Positions 6,956 through 15,754 of a stretch of 28,829 bases of DNA are shown piece after piece (within the stretch, counting starts at the first letter, position 1; each line of letters starts with the position of its first letter). Below the pieces are notes generated by a model. It was not told where the DNA came from. It saw only the letters and a program-made list of their open reading frames with translations, and made no database searches. Both the position numbers and the translations under genes were made by a program. Origin of the DNA: a virus (Duplodnaviria; Caudoviricetes); the IMG/VR virus record IMGVR_UViG_3300044742_000152, positions 1-28,829 of that record; one strand, given 5' to 3'.

Positions 6956-7920
6956 TCTTTATCGAGTTCGATCTTGCCGGTGCCGAGTGGGTTGTTGTTG
7001 CCTATCTATCAGGCGACCGGAACATGATAGACGTGGTGGAGTCTGGCAAGTCTCCCCACGTCGCCACTGCGGCCCTTATTAGTAGTGCTCCGGAGGAGCT
7101 GATCCTGGCTGAGCACAAGATTGTAGGCAGCATAACTAGTCCTACAGAGATAGCCGCCCTGCGGATCGAGCATGTACCTGAGCTCCTTGATCTCCAAGAA
7201 AAGGATGCTATCTTCCTTCCTCGCTCCATGTCTCTGCGCCAGATGGGCAAGAAGTCCAACCATGGCCTCAACTATGGCATGAAGTATCGCCGAGCCGCGT
7301 TGGAGTGGGAAATCCTAGAAGCTGAGGCCATGCCTATAGTTGAGTACTACAGCACAGTGGCCTATCCCGGTATTCCAGAGTGGTGGAAGGCTACTAGGAC
7401 CCAGATGGGGAAGGATCGAACCCTAACCAACTGCTTTGGTCGCAAGGTTCGGCTGCTGGGTGAGAAGGGGAGTGATCTATACGATCAGGCCTATTCCTTC
7501 GTGCCCCAATCAACAGTGGTTGATATCTGTCTGCAGGCCATGTGCCAGGCCTTTGAGGACAGGAGCATCGAGTTTGTGCCGTGGCATCTGGGCGCTCAGG
7601 TACATGACTCGCTAATGATCCAAGTTCCAACCCACGATTGGCTTGTGGTAGAGGCCATCTGCGCTAAGGTAATCAAGTATATGAGCCCCGAACTGGAATA
7701 CAACGGTCATAAGTTCACCCTTGGAGTAGACATCAAAGTCGGCCTCAACTGGGGCGATATGCGATCTGTTAAGAAGGCTGAGGATATCCGGGGGGTCTAC
7801 GAGGCACTGGTAGCTGGGGCTGCCCTGCAGCTATTGCCGGAGGTCTCCTCTGCTGAGCCGGAAGCAGAGCAAACGCTCGATCGTCCTGCTCCGGCAGCCC
7901 TTCAAATCCGGTCATCTTGA
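6952..7920 (+). CDS. polA: Split DNA polymerase A, C-terminal subunit (palm/fingers catalytic part)
   Basis: Motif A DLAGAE at residues 7-12, motif B RQMGKKSNHGLNYG, FGRK, PQSTV and motif C QVHDS. Has its own ATG coupled to the upstream stop. Confidence 0.9.
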   Translation: MIFIEFDLAGAEWVVVAYLSGDRNMIDVVESGKSPHVATAALISSAPEELILAEHKIVGSITSPTEIAALRIEHVPELLDLQEKDAIFLPRSMSLRQMGKKSNHGLNYGMKYRRAALEWEILEAEAMPIVEYYSTVAYPGIPEWWKATRTQMGKDRTLTNCFGRKVRLLGEKGSDLYDQAYSFVPQSTVVDICLQAMCQAFEDRSIEFVPWHLGAQVHDSLMIQVPTHDWLVVEAICAKVIKYMSPELEYNGHKFTLGVDIKVGLNWGDMRSVKKAEDIRGVYEALVAGAALQLLPEVSSAEPEAEQTLDRPAPAALQIRSS

Positions 7921-8935
7921 AGGGGGCTGACTGAAGGTCTGCCAGCTGATTGCCTCCCCCTCCGGGGAGCTTCTTCCCACCTGGAACCCCGAACATATCA
8001 GCCAGCTTCGGAAGCTCGGGCGTAGGCTCTCCCGTTGTCGGTGCATAGGAAGGCTCCGGAAATGGCTTAAGTGCCGAAGGGGAGCCTGCCAACTCGGCCC
8101 CTGGTCCCCAGTTAGAGGTATCGGCCATTCCTCCAGCACTGTGTTTGCCCTCTGGGGCCAGAAACACATGACTATTGTCAGCCATAACTTCATTCTTGTA
8201 AGTCCCCGTAGCGTCATCATAGCCGGTCCACTTCCTCCAACTCTTGTACTTCTCCGGATTGTCTGCTTCTAGCTTGAGCATAACAGAGGGCTTGGCTAGG
8301 AAGTGGGTAGCTCCGTCTACCCAATCCCCCACCTTACCAGTTGCCCGCTGCTCTGCCAGCTCAGTCAGGGCCTGAAACTGAGGCATCTGGACGATGGCTG
8401 CCAGGCGGCTGTACTGCTGAGGCTCAATAGTCGGCTGATATATCTTCCTGCTGACATGATCTCCCAGATCCTCTCCCTCCTTGTCAGCCCTGTTAATCAT
8501 AGCGCCCATAGCGTTGCGGGCGTCCATAAAGTTGATGCGGCCCTGCTTGCTATCAGCCTCCAACAAGGCCATAGCAGCGGCCTTCTGATATGGAGAGAGC
8601 TCCTTCCAGGAAGAGTCCCTACCCCAATAGCCATCAGGGCGGGGGCCTGTAAAGTCGGGCATCTGGGTGCCGGGGTCTGTAGAGATATTCTCCTGAATGC
8701 GGCGCTTATCGCTCCTGTTTATGTTCTCTGACTCTTCTGGCTTTATACCCAGCATCTCTCCCATCTTGGGCTGAGCGAACTTTCCAGCGTCCTCTGGCAA
8801 AGGCGATTTATACTCAGGATTTTGTTTAAGTTTCTCATGCTCCCTTCGCAACTGTTGATTGCGATAGAAGTCGCTGAGGCCACTATGGGGGTCAAACTTA
8901 GGCAAGGTTCCCGGAGGGACACGCTTCATCGGCAT
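7769..8935 (-). CDS. Virion-associated cell-wall hydrolase (SleB/Hydrolase_2-like), probable ejection protein
   Basis: ALLEA...AMGAMINR...YQP...DWVDGATHF matches the SleB-like pattern with a candidate catalytic Glu. Pro-rich flanks. Last gene of the virion arm. Confidence 0.6.
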   Translation of the reverse strand: MPMKRVPPGTLPKFDPHSGLSDFYRNQQLRREHEKLKQNPEYKSPLPEDAGKFAQPKMGEMLGIKPEESENINRSDKRRIQENISTDPGTQMPDFTGPRPDGYWGRDSSWKELSPYQKAAAMALLEADSKQGRINFMDARNAMGAMINRADKEGEDLGDHVSRKIYQPTIEPQQYSRLAAIVQMPQFQALTELAEQRATGKVGDWVDGATHFLAKPSVMLKLEADNPEKYKSWRKWTGYDDATGTYKNEVMADNSHVFLAPEGKHSAGGMADTSNWGPGAELAGSPSALKPFPEPSYAPTTGEPTPELPKLADMFGVPGGKKLPGGGGNQLADLQSAPFKMTGFEGLPEQDDRAFALLPAQQRRPPAIAAGQPQLPVPRRPPGYPQPS

Positions 8936-8939
8936 CTGA

Positions 8940-11063
8940 TCACTCGTTGAATAGGCTAGGATAGTGACGGGTCATCTCGACTATCGCCGCAGCTGCTGCA
9001 TCCGGTCGCGAGGCTGGGTCCATGGCGGTTGTCATCATCTTGAGAAGGCCGGGCTTCATCATGTGGCCTAGGCCCCACCTTGTCATGGCAACGCCCGCAA
9101 TGGCAGCCGGGAGGCCGACCTGGCTCGCCGCCTTCCCCGTGGACCCGAGGGTCATGGTGGATCGAATGGCCTCGGCCACGCCCTCTCCTCCTCGGAGAAC
9201 AGCAGACCTGGCCATAAAGGTAGAGGCATCTGCAATAGGGGCGTTGGTCACCAGCTGAGCCACCTCAGCCAGCTTCTTGACGTCGGACATAGCTATCTCA
9301 GTTCCCCGGAGCATCTCTTCTATCGCCTTGTATTGGGGAGAGCCAGGCTTATCCAGTCCCAGAGCCTTGTTGAACCGATCAGCATCAAATTGAAATTTCT
9401 CTCCCACAAAGAAGGTTCCAGGCTCCTTAGTAGTCGCCTTGACCCAGGCGTCGTCCATCTTGGATCGGGCAACATGCCTGACGGTATCGTCTCCAGCGGC
9501 TGCCCTTAACTCAGAAACAGCCTTGACCGAGTTGGTCTTGGAGGCGACGTCCATCAGTTCGTCGGCAGTCATAGTGCCGCCCTTGACTCTGCCGATGGCG
9601 AAGATATTCCTATCAACAGTACCGACCATCTTCTTGTATATAGAGGTCTCAAATTCCTTGATACCGTCCTGGAAGTTGGACCTGGCTCCCAACAGCAGTC
9701 GGGCAGCGGGATGGTCTACTCCCTCCAACGACTTGACAACGGCAGTCTGCAGTTCTTCCAATTTCTGGTAGTGCACTCCATGAGAGCCCTGGCTCTTGCG
9801 AAGGAGGTTCTCGAGGCCAATCAGGATGTTATTGGCGTCTACTGTCGAAATAGGACCGTCGACGTTCTTCTGCAGCCCATTGAGCCATGTCCTCATTTCA
9901 GGAGGAACCTGGCCCTGCATCTTGCCTACCTTGCCACTCAGATCAGCCATGACGTTGCCGGTGGCCCTTAGTATACCCTCAGACGGAACAATAGCCCCGG
10001 CTTCCTCTCCAACGCGGAGAGCATGCTCATAGCGGCCCTGCGCCTTCACAGCGAAGTCGCCAAATCTCTGCCTGGCCGTCTGCAGTGCCATCTCTCCTAT
10101 CTCTGCAGTAGAGCTGGGATTAGCCAGGGGCTCAAACATATCATCGTAGGCTTTAACTATCGCCTTGCCCTGCTGTTCTGAGGCCTTTCTAGCTGAGGTT
10201 CCAAGGAGAGGCATCCGTCCGAAGACGTTGACAGCACCCTTACCAACGCCGCCATTGGCTACGTTGGCCACGCCTATATCGACGCCAAGATCCTTGGATA
10301 TGCTTAGCATATGAGCACTGTCGGGGGGCAGCTTGAATACGCGGCTGGCTATTGCCTGCCTAGCCCATCTTGATGCACCGGGCAGACTGACGACAGCTCC
10401 TGACACTAGAGCATCCTGTGATCCATCAATAGCGGGCCGCATAAAGTGTTCGACAGCCCCCTTCTTATCTCGCACTCCCGGAGTACCATCAATAAAGCTC
10501 TTAGCGTCCTCATACATATTGGCTAGCCAGCCGCCTGCTGTGGCTCCAACAGCAGTACCAATAACAATGCCGGGAACACCTGCAGGAGCACCCATCATAG
10601 CGCCAGCGGCTCCGCCCGATCCTCTCAAGACGCCTCGGGCATTCTCCGGTTGGGACAGTCGATCCATAAACTCGGGAAACGTCTTAGGAAGGTCTTCAAC
10701 AGTCTGCTGAATTGCCTGTCCCGCCTTGCCTATAGTCGCTGATCCAGACTCGCCCATCCTGAGCACAGAACGGGCCAACGCCAACCTGCCAGGAGACATC
10801 TGCTCAACTGGCATGTTAACGCCCATTCCCTTGATACCAAGGGGGTCTGGCTGTTCGGCAGGGGTAGCCGGCTCGCCTGACATGGGAAGGGTCGGGGGCT
10901 GCGTTGGACCGGCTGGAGCAGTCGCCGACTGTGGCGGCGCAGCCGGGGTGCCAGCGGGCGCCTTGAGACGCTCCAGCATCTTCTGCAGCCGGGCAGCCTC
11001 GTCAGGATTGGGACCGCCTGCTGGCTCTACAAGATTAGTGTCATCAGTCGGGATGCCGCCCAT
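8940..11063 (-). CDS. Large internal virion / ejection protein
   Basis: Ala/Gly-rich helical protein with a hydrophobic GxxxG segment (GAAGAMMGAPAGVPGIVIG). Start set at ATG 11063 (GGAG 7 nt upstream). Confidence 0.6.
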   Translation of the reverse strand: MGGIPTDDTNLVEPAGGPNPDEAARLQKMLERLKAPAGTPAAPPQSATAPAGPTQPPTLPMSGEPATPAEQPDPLGIKGMGVNMPVEQMSPGRLALARSVLRMGESGSATIGKAGQAIQQTVEDLPKTFPEFMDRLSQPENARGVLRGSGGAAGAMMGAPAGVPGIVIGTAVGATAGGWLANMYEDAKSFIDGTPGVRDKKGAVEHFMRPAIDGSQDALVSGAVVSLPGASRWARQAIASRVFKLPPDSAHMLSISKDLGVDIGVANVANGGVGKGAVNVFGRMPLLGTSARKASEQQGKAIVKAYDDMFEPLANPSSTAEIGEMALQTARQRFGDFAVKAQGRYEHALRVGEEAGAIVPSEGILRATGNVMADLSGKVGKMQGQVPPEMRTWLNGLQKNVDGPISTVDANNILIGLENLLRKSQGSHGVHYQKLEELQTAVVKSLEGVDHPAARLLLGARSNFQDGIKEFETSIYKKMVGTVDRNIFAIGRVKGGTMTADELMDVASKTNSVKAVSELRAAAGDDTVRHVARSKMDDAWVKATTKEPGTFFVGEKFQFDADRFNKALGLDKPGSPQYKAIEEMLRGTEIAMSDVKKLAEVAQLVTNAPIADASTFMARSAVLRGGEGVAEAIRSTMTLGSTGKAASQVGLPAAIAGVAMTRWGLGHMMKPGLLKMMTTAMDPASRPDAAAAAIVEMTRHYPSLFNE

Positions 11064-12924
11064 CTTCATTCTCCGCATATCTGTCTTTGGGCAAAGGCCC
11101 AGGTCCGCCAGCGTATAGTATATGATCTGGGTTGGTAGCGGATTTGACCTTACCCTTCTGCCATACTATATAAGACCATCCTTCGCCTTCAACCGTATTC
11201 TGATATCGTATAGAGTCGTAGCCCTGCTTGTTAAGTGTATTCCTTAGAGACTCATAGGCCTTCTGTATCCCTTTATCGGAATAGTCCTTGATAAGCATAT
11301 GTTCTATACGTGCACTTAACCCCTTAATATCTGTGACATTTTCTATGGCTTCGGCTATCTTAGCAGGATACCATCCTCCAAGGTCAGGAAGCTCTAGAGG
11401 GTTCTTGACGTCTATATGAGCAGGTATGATGCGAGAGGTTGTAGCGTCTGGACCTGAATAAGTTCTCTTTCCTGCCTGCTCCTTTGTGCCGAAGTGTATT
11501 CCTATATCCTTAGATTTAGACAAGTCAAAGTTTATAAAGTGGTCGGCCCTAGTTCCATGATAGGCTATGATAGGTCCAGGGTGAGCCTCATCTATAGTTA
11601 TCTTGTCGATAACCTTGGCATCGGGCCACCTGGACATCTCCATCTCAGTTGGAAGATGTTCTGCCTTTATTCTCTTTCCAACTGCTCCAGCTGGAGGCTT
11701 TCCTAATAAAGGAACCTTGATAGTTATCTCTGGAATGGCTCCTCCTCCCCACATGATATGGCCGACTCCGCCAGCGTGGGCTGTCTTTACTAGATCGACA
11801 ATCTCTGGACTGTCCTTATTAAAGCTAATAAAATCATGCCAAGTCATAAGTTGATCATTTACCTTAATTGACGCATAGCTTTTGATATCGCCGTAGTCAT
11901 GAGTACTGCTCTTTGGAAACTTTGAAAGTGGCTGAGCCTTCTCAAATATATTAAAGTCATATATATGAAAGGCAGCCCACTTGCCAGTTATTTTATCTTG
12001 GGAGTCTGTTAGCTGGAAGACTTCTTTCTCTATAAACTTATTGTAAGCTTCAGGAGTTCCAAAATTCTTATCAATACCCTTAGCCTTAGCCATTGTATTA
12101 TAGGCAGCTAAGGCTTCTTCCTTGGTATCAAACTGTGCAAGAATAGTGCTATCTTTAGATGTAAATCCCTTCATATGCTGGCCACCGATAGGTTCCTTAA
12201 AGCTCTTACTAGGTGTTCCTGGAGCCCCCTGTGAGCCAACGGTCTTAGCTGGATTTTCAGCGTTGACAACCTTTCCACCCATCTCCAGCTTTACCAGATG
12301 ATCTTCCAACGCGGCAGTGTCCTTGCCGAAGTACTTTGTCGCAGGCATGTCACCGCCTGATAGAGCTATGCTTTGCAATTTAGTATCATAATCAACAAAG
12401 AGTCCCATATTAGAGACGGCCTCCTGAAAATCCTTATCAATTCCAAGGCTCTCCAGGGTCTCCTTAGACTTCTTCCCGAACAGTTTGCTAACGATCTTCC
12501 CTCCCAGGCCTGACCCCACAGAGACAGCCTCTCCTCCACCTCCCCCAACTCCAACCAGGGCACCAGCCACCTCTGTAGAACGCTTCACAACCTCTGGATC
12601 GCTTGGACTGGCGCCTCCAGCAAGCAACGCATACATCTCACTAAAATTTCTATATGCGTCTTGCAGAATTCCCGGCACATATGACTGAGGCTCATGAAAA
12701 CCCTTCTCAACATGCGGAGCTATAAATCCATGTACCTGTGGAGTTGGTTCAGCCCAGATCTTAGGATCACCCTTCTGTATCATCGACATAGCTGCATCTA
12801 TAGCGTGCTGGGCTACACGCTCCTGCTCCATCTCAGCCTGGGACTTATCGTAGGTATAGTCGACTTCATCTGTTAAAGTCGGCTTTGGAATATCCCACCA
12901 GGGTCTGCCATCTGGGTTAGCCAC
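11044..12924 (-). CDS. Probable ejected protein with C-terminal ADP-ribosyltransferase-like (ART-PolyVal-like) domain
   Basis: YHGT, GIHFGT, IIPAHIDVKNPL, GYDSIRY and EGWSYIVW..KVKS motifs (about 11130-11571). Located inside the ejection block. Confidence 0.65.
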   Translation of the reverse strand: MANPDGRPWWDIPKPTLTDEVDYTYDKSQAEMEQERVAQHAIDAAMSMIQKGDPKIWAEPTPQVHGFIAPHVEKGFHEPQSYVPGILQDAYRNFSEMYALLAGGASPSDPEVVKRSTEVAGALVGVGGGGGEAVSVGSGLGGKIVSKLFGKKSKETLESLGIDKDFQEAVSNMGLFVDYDTKLQSIALSGGDMPATKYFGKDTAALEDHLVKLEMGGKVVNAENPAKTVGSQGAPGTPSKSFKEPIGGQHMKGFTSKDSTILAQFDTKEEALAAYNTMAKAKGIDKNFGTPEAYNKFIEKEVFQLTDSQDKITGKWAAFHIYDFNIFEKAQPLSKFPKSSTHDYGDIKSYASIKVNDQLMTWHDFISFNKDSPEIVDLVKTAHAGGVGHIMWGGGAIPEITIKVPLLGKPPAGAVGKRIKAEHLPTEMEMSRWPDAKVIDKITIDEAHPGPIIAYHGTRADHFINFDLSKSKDIGIHFGTKEQAGKRTYSGPDATTSRIIPAHIDVKNPLELPDLGGWYPAKIAEAIENVTDIKGLSARIEHMLIKDYSDKGIQKAYESLRNTLNKQGYDSIRYQNTVEGEGWSYIVWQKGKVKSATNPDHILYAGGPGPLPKDRYAENEDGRHPD

Positions 12925-14831
12925 TACTTCTTCCTCTGATACTTAGCAGCATCAACCGGATCGGGGGCCTTTCTTCTCTGAGCAGGAGTTATCCTGAATG
13001 CTCCGGCATCCTGGTCGCCCCCTTGGGAGATAGCTGGAAGATGCAGCTGGGCGCTGCTATGTCCGATCATCTGACCCAACTTGACGAAGGCCTCTCCGAT
13101 CTTGTCCTTCTTCTGCTGAGCCTCCAGTCTGGCCTCCCGACGAAGGGCCATGTTCTCCTGGAACCGGGTATGGGCTGTCTGCTCCGCAGCACGGGCCTCA
13201 GCTCTGGTCTCGCCGCGAGCAGCCCTCTGATCACGCTCCTTCTCCATCGCAAGGCGATCTTTCTCGCGACCTTCAGCGAAGTCCGTTCTCCGCTCTCTGG
13301 TGGCTTCCTGCTTAGCTTCGTAGGCCTGTTCCTCTTCCAGAGTTGGGCTTGACCGCTCGATTGATCTTCCAAAATTCTTAGGAGTCTTACCAGATGCTAT
13401 GTCTATGCGTTTCTGTATCTCGTCTGCAAGGACCTTCTTAAGGCTATCAGGTACCATCTTTGGTGACGCTGTCATTGTTTCCAGTGTATCATTTGATGTA
13501 GCAGCTAGGTTAGGAGTCCATGTTGCAGGGCCACCAACTTCTTGAGCTATCCGATCTGCAGATCGTTTAGTAGCACGATCTACAGCATCTCCTAATGTTG
13601 CTTCGAACTGAGCTACCGATTGACTATGCCCCAGAGTATTGAGATGCTGAGCGATAATAGCGTTGGTTAGCCTGTTGCCGGGAATACCCCTGGCAACTGC
13701 CATGCTGTATGCCATATCTAGAATAGCCCCCTGCAGACGGGCACTCTCAGTAGCCGTCTGCTCGATACCAGAAGTCTTATACATGGCCTGTATCTTCCTC
13801 ACGACCCCTTCGGTCATGATCTTAAGACCGTCATCACCTACTTGTCGCTGTCTCTCCTTTGTGTCCAGGCCAGCCAGCTGTGCAGCACCCTTGATCTGAT
13901 CTATAGCCTGGTCGATTGTTCTAGCAGTTGTACCGACGACGCCCAGAGTCTCCGGCTTTCCAGCAAACAACTGATGCACCTTGGAGGCATTAGATATGAC
14001 GTCGGTTATACCTGCTGTTATATCATGTATCTCCTTTGCCTTATCCTGCTGTTCTTTGTGGGTGAATGGGACTTTGTAGCCCTCCTTGGTAAGATCCTGT
14101 ACTCGGAGGGGTTTAGTATAGTCGACACCAAGAGCCGCAGCGAAAGATGGTTCAACTACTGTATAGGGGGCTGGTGTCTCTCCCTGATGCGGTATACGTC
14201 TACGTTTCACATCAGAGTCGATACTAGAAGGAACACTGGGCGGTAGCAGTGACAACTTCGCAAGGTCTGGCTGGGCAGCAGCAGGCGGTGCGGCAGCCCC
14301 ACCGGGAGGGGCAGGAGCCGCCGCACCTGGAGACGCAGCCGGGGGTGCAGCAGGCGCCGGCTGGGCCACCTTCAGGAGTTCCATCCCGGACATCTGTCCG
14401 GTTAGAACTGACTGGACTAGTTGCTTGATCTCTCCAGGCTTGGCGTCTTTGAGCTTGGCAGCGAAGTTTCTGTTGAGACCTTCCAGAGCCTCCGGATCGA
14501 GGGCAAGGAGCATCGTTCCGACGCTTTTGGAAGTCTCCCCCTTAGGATCGACACCTGAGGCTCTGGACATTTCATCATATAGGAACTTGCGGGCCGGCTT
14601 AGGCACGTTGGGGTCCATAAGCTTGGCCATCCGCTCAGCCAAGACCAAGTCCTGTTTCCTGCTGTCAGCCTCTGCCTGCTGCCTCTTTAGTTCCGCCTGG
14701 TTTTGCTTCCATATCTGAGCGACCTCAGCCACTTGTGGCGACTGCGGAACCTGCTCTGGAGGCTGCGGCAGGCGGGCCTGCGGCTCCTGTTGAGAAGCGT
14801 AGCCCTCTGGATCAAACTGAAAGCCGCCCAT
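12924..14831 (-). CDS. Internal virion / ejection protein
   Basis: Helical and coiled-coil protein with a Pro/Ala linker, translationally coupled within the block. Confidence 0.55.
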   Translation of the reverse strand: MGGFQFDPEGYASQQEPQARLPQPPEQVPQSPQVAEVAQIWKQNQAELKRQQAEADSRKQDLVLAERMAKLMDPNVPKPARKFLYDEMSRASGVDPKGETSKSVGTMLLALDPEALEGLNRNFAAKLKDAKPGEIKQLVQSVLTGQMSGMELLKVAQPAPAAPPAASPGAAAPAPPGGAAAPPAAAQPDLAKLSLLPPSVPSSIDSDVKRRRIPHQGETPAPYTVVEPSFAAALGVDYTKPLRVQDLTKEGYKVPFTHKEQQDKAKEIHDITAGITDVISNASKVHQLFAGKPETLGVVGTTARTIDQAIDQIKGAAQLAGLDTKERQRQVGDDGLKIMTEGVVRKIQAMYKTSGIEQTATESARLQGAILDMAYSMAVARGIPGNRLTNAIIAQHLNTLGHSQSVAQFEATLGDAVDRATKRSADRIAQEVGGPATWTPNLAATSNDTLETMTASPKMVPDSLKKVLADEIQKRIDIASGKTPKNFGRSIERSSPTLEEEQAYEAKQEATRERRTDFAEGREKDRLAMEKERDQRAARGETRAEARAAEQTAHTRFQENMALRREARLEAQQKKDKIGEAFVKLGQMIGHSSAQLHLPAISQGGDQDAGAFRITPAQRRKAPDPVDAAKYQRKK

Positions 14832-15754
14832 TAGACCCTCTCATAGTCCACAACGTCATATCCACCACGAGTCAGGACTGCCCATGGCATCTTTGCCTCG
14901 ACATCACTTGACAGGACGCCTAGCATACGCTCGCCAGTGTCCTTTCGGGTGTATTCGTAGATAGGGATACCATCCAAGGTATCACTGATGTGTATTAGAT
15001 CGGTCTTCAGTTCGGGGTCAGAGAAGTAGGAAGCGCCTATCTGCCCTCCCGCCCCGATGCCAGCTCCCAACAGCCTATAAAGACGATCCGAGTTGGACGA
15101 GGATGCCTGAGCCTGCATCTGCCTCTGCTGCAGGAACGGAACCTGAGCCTGACCATAGCCCCTGGCAGTCTGCCCAAAGGCGCCTGCAAAGGTCATTGGG
15201 TCTCCGATGGCAGTATTCCGCAAGGCGTCCGTCGCTGATCCTCGGGTAAACTGCTCCTGCTGCTCCCTGGTCAGACCAAGCTGCTCCGAAAGGGTCAGCT
15301 GTCCTGTCCTAGCACCCTCTCGCAAAATCTCAGAGGATCGCATAAACTGTCCCAGCGTCTCAATAGCTGGTGATGACGTTTCGTAGCCGGGGCCGAACTG
15401 GCTCTGAAGCTTCTCCCTCATCTGCTGTTCACTGGACTTAAGGCTCTCCTCTAGGGCCGGGTCCAGAGGCAGCTCACCCTTCATCGCCTTGAGGCTGCGA
15501 TCCAGATACATGCCTTCAAGCTCTTTACGCTTGGCATCATCTGGATTGTCTTTCTTCTTGATGCTCTTGATATTGCCCCTGTCGTCCATCTCGACGTCGA
15601 AGCCCTCCTGCTCTGCCAAGAAGGGCAAGAGGATCTTCTGTTGAGCTCTTTGTTCTTCAATGATCTGTCTCTGTTGATTAAGAAGATCAGCTTGGCTCTG
15701 TTGCAGCGCTGTCTCAGCTGCGGTTGGCTGGGGAACTTCTGTCTTGCCGCCCAT
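14831..15754 (-). CDS. Ejection (pilot-like) protein with C-terminal peptidase S74-like intramolecular chaperone domain
   Basis: Gln-rich coil, then Gly-rich hydrophobic LLGAGIGAGGQIGA, then SDPELK...GIPIYEY...GVLSSDVE...PWAV...VDY. Confidence 0.65.
   Translation of the reverse strand: MGGKTEVPQPTAAETALQQSQADLLNQQRQIIEEQRAQQKILLPFLAEQEGFDVEMDDRGNIKSIKKKDNPDDAKRKELEGMYLDRSLKAMKGELPLDPALEESLKSSEQQMREKLQSQFGPGYETSSPAIETLGQFMRSSEILREGARTGQLTLSEQLGLTREQQEQFTRGSATDALRNTAIGDPMTFAGAFGQTARGYGQAQVPFLQQRQMQAQASSSNSDRLYRLLGAGIGAGGQIGASYFSDPELKTDLIHISDTLDGIPIYEYTRKDTGERMLGVLSSDVEAKMPWAVLTRGGYDVVDYERV

Noticed and set aside
14270-14370. GC-rich quasi-repeats
   Set aside because: They encode a Pro/Ala linker and are not a DNA repeat element.
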